A stretch of 64,000 nt of DNA from an uncultured Trueperaceae bacterium (lineage in GTDB: Bacteria > Deinococcota > Deinococci > Deinococcales > Trueperaceae): assembly GCA_963799485.1 (NCBI GenBank), contig CAWCXJ010000006.1, positions 690,189-754,188 of the forward strand. The letters run 5' to 3'. Of this stretch, positions 59,539 to 64,000 are shown one piece after another. Numbering within the stretch: position 1 is the stretch's first letter; every line of letters begins with the position of its first letter. A program made the translations under genes and the position numbers. The notes under the pieces are model-generated. The model worked only from the letters and a program-made list of their open reading frames with translations. It did no database searches and was not told where the DNA came from.

Positions 59539-60362
59539 CCCTCCAAGTCGCGGTAAACGAGTTTGTTGGCAGCAACGTCCAATGCACCTATAAGATTGAG
59601 CCTTCCGGCTGAACCTTGCCTGGAAGGAATCTCGAACTGAATTCCTGAACCTTTAGGCGTCCAGGTCTTGATCGGCTTGAGCGCCAGACTAAAACCGACC
59701 TGATCGAGATAAAGCAGTCTCAACCTTTGCTCCAGCGCCCCTTTTTCAACGTGTCCAAGGCTGCTCTATGGTGCTTGAGGTCGTCCTCACCAGGACGCTT
59801 GGCAGGCGTAAAGCGTCCCTTTTTCCAGCTGTAGCCCATTTCTTTGAGTCGTTTGCGGATACCCTCGGCTCCCACCTTGACACCGTAGCGCTCGCCGACG
59901 GTCTCGGAGAGCTGGGTACACGTCCAGGTTCTTGGTTCTGTTAGCTTCGTTTCCATGAACGTCTTGATGTCATCGGTAATTACGGGTTTCTGTCCGTGTG
60001 TCTCGTAGTGGTCGGCTAGACCTGCGTAACCTGCTCTTTCCCAACGGTCAAAGGTTCTTCTCAAGGTTTCGTAGTTCTTGGCTACATGCTCTGAAAGCTG
60101 CCCCAGGCTCATGCCCTGATTTGATAGTCTCAAAATCTGGGCACGCAGACGCACCTTGGCATTTATATGCGCGTTCTGCTCTAACGCTCTTAACTTCTCG
60201 TTCTCTGCCTCACTTAATGCGATATACCTTCGTCCTCGCTTTGTCATTCCTTAGTATTCGCCTTCAACCTACTTATTTAGGTTGGGTGTACTTATTGATC
60301 TTTCATCTGCAGTTATTGGGTCTCACAAAGGCTAAAGATAAGTTCGTTCCAGGGTAGTAAAT

Positions 60363-60445
60363 TTCTTTAATAGCCTTTCGAAATTATAGCGTTGCGCAGA
60401 CAAGAGCTTTCACACCATAAAAAAACCTTAGAGGCTATTAAAGAA
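60363..60445. repeat. Perfect 14-bp inverted repeat TTCTTTAATAGCCT / AGGCTATTAAAGAA
   Basis: Arms at 60363-60376 and 60432-60445 in AT-rich intergenic DNA. Confidence 0.7.
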
Positions 60446-60535
60446 TTGAATCATCCCCAAGAGAGAACTCAACTGAAGGCGACCAGAACCGGACAGCAAA
60501 AACCGAACTCGTACTAACTTAAGCGGGAGCAAGCT

Positions 60536-61408
60536 ATGACATCACTGTATAAGACGCCTGAGAGCAAACAAGCCGTTCTAGATATATATCAATCAAAGCT
60601 CGACGCTTTGAATATAGATTACATCGAGCAAGATACTGACACTCAGTTTGGTCTGAGCCACGTCATTATTACGGGAGACGCAACTAAGCCACCTTTGGTT
60701 CTGATTCATGGCTCGAACGGATGCGCCCCTATCGCGCTAGATGTGTACCCGAGCCTAGCTAAGCACTACCAAGTCTTTGCGGTAGACGTCATTGCCCAGC
60801 CCAATAAAAGTTCTGAAACCCGCCCGAGTATGAAAGACAGGTCGTGTGGCGTCTGGATGAACGAGGTTATCGCCGCATTAGGCCTTAGCGACGCGACCCT
60901 AGTCGGGTTTTCGCTGGGTGGGTTCATCGTCTGGAAAACACTGCTCGAGGACGAGTCAAAGATCAAGCAGGCTTATCTCATTGCGCCCGTAGGTATCGTA
61001 AGTGGAAACCCGTTAAGGGCTATGCTCGAGGTGTTTCTACCGGTGAAACGCTTTATCCGCACAGGGAACCCACGCGACCTTGACCGGGTGATTGACGCCT
61101 TATTTTCAGAACGGGATGATTTTGCCGCGCCGTTTCTGACACAGGTACTTCCGAACTTTGATCTAGATTTCACACCTATCCCTAATATCAGCCGAATAGA
61201 AGCCGGGCGTATCTCGACGCCTCTCACCGTGATAGCTGCGGAACACGACTTACTGGGACCAGGCAAGCGGCTTCTACGGCGCGCTAAGAGACTCTTTCCC
61301 AGCTTAAAGCGCGCCGCGCTTCTTGAAGGCTCTAGGCATGTTCAAGGTGTGAGGGATAATCAGAAGGTTGAAGCCTTTATCCTGGACCAGCGGGGGCAGT
61401 TGAACTGA
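60536..61408 (+). CDS. Alpha/beta hydrolase
   Basis: LVLIHG, GFSLGG nucleophile elbow, D and H (GSRH) triad candidates. Confidence 0.88.
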   Translation: MTSLYKTPESKQAVLDIYQSKLDALNIDYIEQDTDTQFGLSHVIITGDATKPPLVLIHGSNGCAPIALDVYPSLAKHYQVFAVDVIAQPNKSSETRPSMKDRSCGVWMNEVIAALGLSDATLVGFSLGGFIVWKTLLEDESKIKQAYLIAPVGIVSGNPLRAMLEVFLPVKRFIRTGNPRDLDRVIDALFSERDDFAAPFLTQVLPNFDLDFTPIPNISRIEAGRISTPLTVIAAEHDLLGPGKRLLRRAKRLFPSLKRAALLEGSRHVQGVRDNQKVEAFILDQRGQLN

Positions 61409-61498
61409 AAGTCATAGTTCCGCTGTGAGGCTGTGTAAGTGACAGCAAAGAAACTGCTATGAGAACAGTTAGACTGCTCTCTTCCTTGAATCACGAAC

Positions 61499-61517
61499 GC
61501 GCGCAACACGCGCAGAA
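61499..61517 (+). repeat. Direct repeat copy 2 (GCGCGCAACACGCGCAGAA)
   Basis: 17/19 identical to 46359-46377; overlaps the palindrome CAGAATATTCTG. Confidence 0.6.
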
Positions 61518-61534
61518 TATTCTGTAGGGCAGCG

Positions 61535-62077
61535 TTAACTTAGCGCGAGCTGATAGCCCTTGACTGTATGCGGTCCTGCGGCTTCAAAGTCGAGCGCCGT
61601 GGCGCGGACAAAGCCCAGCTTCAGGTAGAGCGCCGTAGCAACCTCCATGTAGTCCGAGGTGTGGAGCCCGAGCTTCTGCGCCCCTAAGCTTCTTGCTCGC
61701 CTGATACACTCGTCCACTAAGGCGTGCCCTAGTCCCAAACCACGTGCTTGTGGCGCGACAGCGAGCAGGCGCAACTCAGGGTAAAGCGATGCGTTACCTT
61801 GCCCGTAGGAGTCCGCGCCAGTCGGTGGGTAGAGTAGAACGCTACCTACAACTTCATCCCCACGCACCGCAACGATCTTTTCAGCGTCTTGCCGGTCTAA
61901 GTTGTCGAGTACGGACGTGACCGCCTGGTACAGGGCTCCCCACACCGCCCTAGGCATAATGGCGGCGTAGGGTCTATACGCCTCAAGCGTCAAGGCGCGT
62001 ATAGCGGCGTAATCGGCTTCCGCCGCGTCGCGCAGGTGAACGGCTGTGCTTTCCGGCTTAGATGTTAACGGATTCAC
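61535..62077 (-). CDS. GNAT family N-acetyltransferase
   Basis: LRLLAVAPQARGLGLG and ATALYLKLGF motifs. Confidence 0.9.
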   Translation of the reverse strand: MNPLTSKPESTAVHLRDAAEADYAAIRALTLEAYRPYAAIMPRAVWGALYQAVTSVLDNLDRQDAEKIVAVRGDEVVGSVLLYPPTGADSYGQGNASLYPELRLLAVAPQARGLGLGHALVDECIRRARSLGAQKLGLHTSDYMEVATALYLKLGFVRATALDFEAAGPHTVKGYQLALS

Positions 62078-63021
62078 GGTAGCGCCTCGCGGCCGTGCGG
62101 CGCGCGCCAGTCGATCTCGGGACCAAGAGGTACGATGCCGCTTGGGTTCAGGCGGTCGTGCGTCATGTAGTAGTGGCGCTTGATGTGGTCGGCATTGATA
62201 GATTCACCAAAAGCGGGCTGCTGATACAGGTCGCGGGCGTAACCCCAGAGGTTGGGGTAGTCAACTAAACGCCGCTTGTTGCATTTGAAGTGCAGGTAGT
62301 AGACCATGTCAAAGCGCGCTAGGGTCGTGAACAGCCGTACGTCCGCCTCGGTCAGCTGAGTACCTACCAGGTAGCGCTGGGTGGCGAGGCGCTGCTCGAG
62401 CCAGTCGAGCCGGGCAAAGAGCGCTTCGTACGCCACCCCATAGGCTTCTTGCAAGGCGGCAAATCCCGCCTTGTAAACGCCGTCGTTGACGTCGCGGTAG
62501 ACCAGCTCGCTCACCTCGTCGATCTCCTCGCGCAGCGCTTCTGGATATAGGTCGGGCACGCCTTCAGCGTGAAACTTCCTGAATGCCAGCTCGAAGTCGA
62601 TGGTGATGTCGGGGTAGTTGTTGCTGACCAGCCGCCCCGTCTGCTTGTCCCACAGGCAGGGCACGGTGTAGCGCCCGGTGTAGTCGGGGTCGGTCTTGTG
62701 GTACGCCTCGGACAAGAACGCAAAGCCGTTGATCGGGTCGGGGCCATGACCCTCGCCCTCGCGAAAGGCCCAGCCCCGCTCGTCGCGAACAGGGTCTACC
62801 ACCGATAGAGAGATGACCTCTTCCAAGCCGAGCAAACGCCGCACGATAACCGCGCGGTTCGCCCAGGGGCAGGCCAAGCTGACGTAAAGGTGGTAGCGTC
62901 CGGTTTCGGCCTTAAAGCCCGAGGAGCCGTCGGCGGTGATGCGGTCACGGATGGTGTAGCGCTGGCGGACAAACTCGCCTTTGGCGTTGGTCTCGTCAGG
63001 AAGTTGGGCAGTTGTGGTCAT
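62074..63021 (-). CDS. Glutathionyl-hydroquinone reductase (YqjG/Xi-class GST)
   Basis: GRYHLYVSLACPWA, TVPCLWD, GVYKAGFA, HIKRHYY, NPSGIVPLGP motifs. Confidence 0.93.
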   Translation of the reverse strand: MTTTAQLPDETNAKGEFVRQRYTIRDRITADGSSGFKAETGRYHLYVSLACPWANRAVIVRRLLGLEEVISLSVVDPVRDERGWAFREGEGHGPDPINGFAFLSEAYHKTDPDYTGRYTVPCLWDKQTGRLVSNNYPDITIDFELAFRKFHAEGVPDLYPEALREEIDEVSELVYRDVNDGVYKAGFAALQEAYGVAYEALFARLDWLEQRLATQRYLVGTQLTEADVRLFTTLARFDMVYYLHFKCNKRRLVDYPNLWGYARDLYQQPAFGESINADHIKRHYYMTHDRLNPSGIVPLGPEIDWRAPHGREALP

Positions 63022-63247
63022 GAAGTCTCCAGGGTCTCAGCTTCTTGGGTGTGGCGTCGTACAGTTGCATATCTATAGTGACCGATGTGGCCTTGTAGCA
63101 GTGTTTTAGAGAGGACGGGCGGGACACACAGGCTAGATGGCTTAAGCAACCGGCCAAGCGCTTCGCCTCTGCCGCAGTTGCGCACATCCGGCGCAAAAGG
63201 ATTTCGGACGGAGGGTTTTGACGCTTCGGCGTATACTCGAGGTGGCT

Positions 63248-63556
63248 ATGACCTCAACCGCTTACAAGCACATCACGTTGACCGACGAGGGCGTCCCTGT
63301 TATCGACGGAATGGGCTTTAAGGTCAAGCAGCTCATTGGAGAACGTCGCGCCCACGGCTCGAGTCCAGAAGAGTTGCAGTTCCAGCACCCTCAGCTCAGC
63401 CTGGCGCAGGTCTACTCAGCCCTGGCTTACTACGAAGACCACCGGGAGGAGATCGACGGGCACCTCCTCGAGGGCGAAGCGCGTGCCGAGGAGCTTAGAG
63501 AATGGCTCGACTCTCCTGACCTGAAGACACTGGTGAGCTCGAGGGCCGAGCGCTGA
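63248..63556 (+). CDS. DUF433 family antitoxin (VapB45-like)
   Basis: GVPVIDG, SPEEL...PQLSLAQVYSALAYY motifs; GAGGT RBS. Confidence 0.88.
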   Translation: MTSTAYKHITLTDEGVPVIDGMGFKVKQLIGERRAHGSSPEELQFQHPQLSLAQVYSALAYYEDHREEIDGHLLEGEARAEELREWLDSPDLKTLVSSRAER

Positions 63557-63930
63557 TTAAACTCTACATGGACCAGCACGTGCCGCGGGCAGTAACGGTC
63601 GGTCTCAGACAGCGTGAGGTAGAGGTTCTGACAGCGTTCGAAGACGGTACGAGTGAAATAGACGACGCGGCGCTACTCGACCGAGCCACCGAGCTAGGTC
63701 GTGCCCTGTTCACCCAGGATGACGATCTGTTAGTCGAAGCCGCCAAACGACAAACCGAAGCCAGAGCCTTCGCCGGGGTCAGCTACGCCCACCAGCAGCG
63801 CGTCACCATCGGACTGTGTGTAGAACAGCTCGAGCTTGTCGCTAAAGCGCTCGAGCCTGAGGAGATGCAAAGTCGTGTAATCTATCTGAGGGGTGTGCAA
63901 GCTCACCTAATAGCAATGAGCGTATCTTGA
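63553..63930 (+). CDS. DUF5615 PIN-like toxin (VapC45-like), probable CTG start
   Basis: (M)IKLYMDQHVP...DDAALLDRA...LFTQDDDL motifs; CTGA overlap with the antitoxin stop. Confidence 0.85.
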   Translation: MIKLYMDQHVPRAVTVGLRQREVEVLTAFEDGTSEIDDAALLDRATELGRALFTQDDDLLVEAAKRQTEARAFAGVSYAHQQRVTIGLCVEQLELVAKALEPEEMQSRVIYLRGVQAHLIAMSVS

Positions 63931-64000
63931 AGCTCAAGCACATCGAGTCCCAGACGAAGGTTAAGTTTAGCGAGAAGCAAGTAAGCAAACGTTGTGCGTA

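Larger units (their letters stand above)
57878..60292 (-). mobile_element. IS630 family element interrupted by IS256
   Basis: IRs AGTACCTCCAACCTGAAA / AGTACACCCAACCTAAAT with flanking TA. OrfA HTH 59720-60247 with an AAAAAGGGG -1 shift; orfB YLDQ...LDNARFH...PYSPQLNPIE. Confidence 0.9.

Noticed and set aside
1..64000. CRISPR array, cas genes, rRNA, retron or reverse transcriptase
   Set aside because: No regularly spaced repeats, no cas or RT motifs and no rRNA-like sequence were seen.

Overview
Bacterial chromosomal DNA of roughly 60% GC, most likely Deinococcota (Truepera/Meiothermus-like). This assignment rests on the csaB+DUF5693 pair, a stand-alone tRNA-Ile(GAT), many leaderless TANNNT-N6-ATG starts and a very high density of CTCGAG. 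Positions 1-23100 are core-like: isoaspartyl peptidase, minC, oxidoreductases, ispH, two tandem App1-type phosphatases, tRNA-Ile, HtrA, NrnA-like DHH protein, a histidine kinase, a GT32-like glycosyltransferase, pyrG-udk-DUF5693-csaB, a TPR protein and a Crp-family regulator. From about 23100 to the end is a decaying accessory region. It holds nested IS elements (IS1 inside an IS200/IS605-like shell, an ISL3 fragment, IS1182, IS1595, IS256 inside IS630). It also holds an envelope-stress module (VTT/DedA, YceI, MacAB plus two TolC, OmpR/BaeSR-type and NarL-type two-component systems) that shares a 17-bp upstream motif and is interrupted by an arsenic/metal cluster. A roughly 15.2-kb segment is bounded by a degenerate direct repeat and carries YhcG, a XerD-like tyrosine recombinase and a MalT-like regulator/DUF4386 cluster. 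A GST and a DUF433/PIN toxin-antitoxin pair close the window. No CRISPR array or rRNA was seen. All family calls come from motifs read by eye, not from database searches.
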